Assembly: GCA_002189035.1 (NCBI GenBank)
Contig: NEEC01000292.1
Location: forward strand, 1-23,295
DNA length: 23,295 nt
Source: Utricularia gibba
Lineage: Eukaryota; Plantae; Magnoliophyta
Direction of reading: 5' to 3'
A program made the position numbers and the translations under genes. Below the pieces are notes generated by a model that was not told where the DNA came from, did not search any database, and saw only the letters and a program-made list of their open reading frames with translations. Positions 22,422-23,295 of the stretch are shown here, in pieces. Positions within the stretch are counted from its first letter, which is position 1; each line of letters opens with the position of its first letter.

Positions 22422-23295
22422 AATTTAAACAAATGCAACATTGTATTCATCGATTTGCATCCTTTTGTCCTCATGAGCCATAAAGAATCGCGGGGCCCGG
22501 ACCAAGTTCCTAGCGAGACTGGCCGCCACAAAACGAGAAGCTGTTCCTTGAAAAACCATGTAGGCAACACCGAAAACCGAACGTTAATAAATACATCACT
22601 TTCTTTGCCGGCTACAACTTACTTTGGCCAAGGCCTAAGCTGACCTTTTTCCGGTTCCAAGTGCCCCCCAAGACCGCCTCCTCAGTATAAAGTATGTTGT
22701 TAAAAAAATCATGTGGGGTGCACGTGACATCGTAATTTAAACAAATGCATCATTTTTTTTAATCGATTTGCATCCAGTTGACCTCATGAGCCATACAGAA
22801 TCGGGGTCAAGGACCAAGTTCCCAGCGAGACTGGCCGCCACAAAACGAGAAGCGGTTCCTTGAAAAACCATGTAGGCAGCCCCGAAAACGAACGATAATA
22901 AATACATCACTTTATTTGCCGGACTACAACTAACTCTCGTGCAAGCCAAACCTTACCTTTGTCCCGTTCCAGGTGCACCCAAAGACCGCCTGCTCAAGTA
23001 TAAAGTAAGTTGTTGAAAAAAATCATGTGGGGTGCACGTGATATCGCAATTTAAACAAATGCAACATTGTATTCATCGATTTGCATCCTTTTGTCCTCAT
23101 GAGCCATAAAGAATCGCGGGCCCGGACCAAGTTCCTAGCGAGACTGGCCGCCACAAAACGAGAAGCTGTTCCTTGAAAAACCATGTAGGCAACACCGAAA
23201 ACCGAACGTTAATAAATACATCACTTTCTTTGCCGGGCTACAACTTACTTTGGGCCAAGGCCTAAGCTGATCTTTTTCCGGTTCCAAGTGCCCCC

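Larger units (their letters stand above)
1..23295 (+). repeat. Tandem satellite DNA array, ~75 monomers of ~311 bp arranged mostly as an A-B dimeric HOR (~625 bp)
   Basis: The anchor CACGTGA(T/C)ATCG(C/T)-AATTTAAACAAATGCA recurs about every 305-316 bp, with monomer starts at 1, 317, 630, 943, 1255, 1565 ... 22422, 22734, 23048. No unique sequence or inversion was seen, and both window ends lie inside the array. Confidence 0.99.

Noticed and set aside
51-22949. The many 60-95 aa ORFs in the supplied track (recurring ...SCSPANKVMYLLSFGFRG..., MHPVDLMSHTESG...)
   Set aside because: They are translations of the same repeat in several frames and on both strands. Starts and stops shift with homopolymer indels, and there is no recognisable domain or frame conservation.
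1-23295. CRISPR array
   Set aside because: There are no unique spacers, the whole 311-bp unit repeats, and no cas genes are present.
1-23295. Functional 5S rDNA, tRNA or snRNA gene cluster
   Set aside because: Similarity to 5S is limited to short patches. Box C (GGATGGG) and a downstream T-run terminator are missing, and no tRNA cloverleaf or snRNA motif was recognised.
1-23295. Length variation in T7-T9, G3-G4, C4-C6 and A5-A7 runs as biological polymorphism
   Set aside because: It is unpatterned homopolymer jitter typical of long-read error.

Overview
The whole 23.3-kb window is one head-to-tail tandem satellite array of about 75 monomers of ~311 bp, all in the same orientation. It contains no credible protein-coding gene, mobile element, CRISPR array or intact RNA gene. 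The array has three nested levels. (1) Each ~312-bp monomer is a degenerate dimer of a ~156-bp subunit. (2) Two monomer types, A and B, are about 85% identical by manual count. (3) A and B alternate as a ~625-bp higher-order repeat (HOR). Both 156-bp halves show short collinear matches to the internal control region of an animal-type 5S rRNA gene, so the satellite may be 5S-derived; this is suggestive and untested. The A/B alternation slips phase five times through chimeric monomers. Several monomers carry A/B-blended patches, and three segments are built from reshuffled repeat fragments. Bases are repeatedly missing exactly at A/B-discordant positions, and homopolymer lengths jitter throughout. 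Much of the irregularity may therefore be long-read or consensus artefact rather than biology. The organism and chromosomal position cannot be determined from the sequence.
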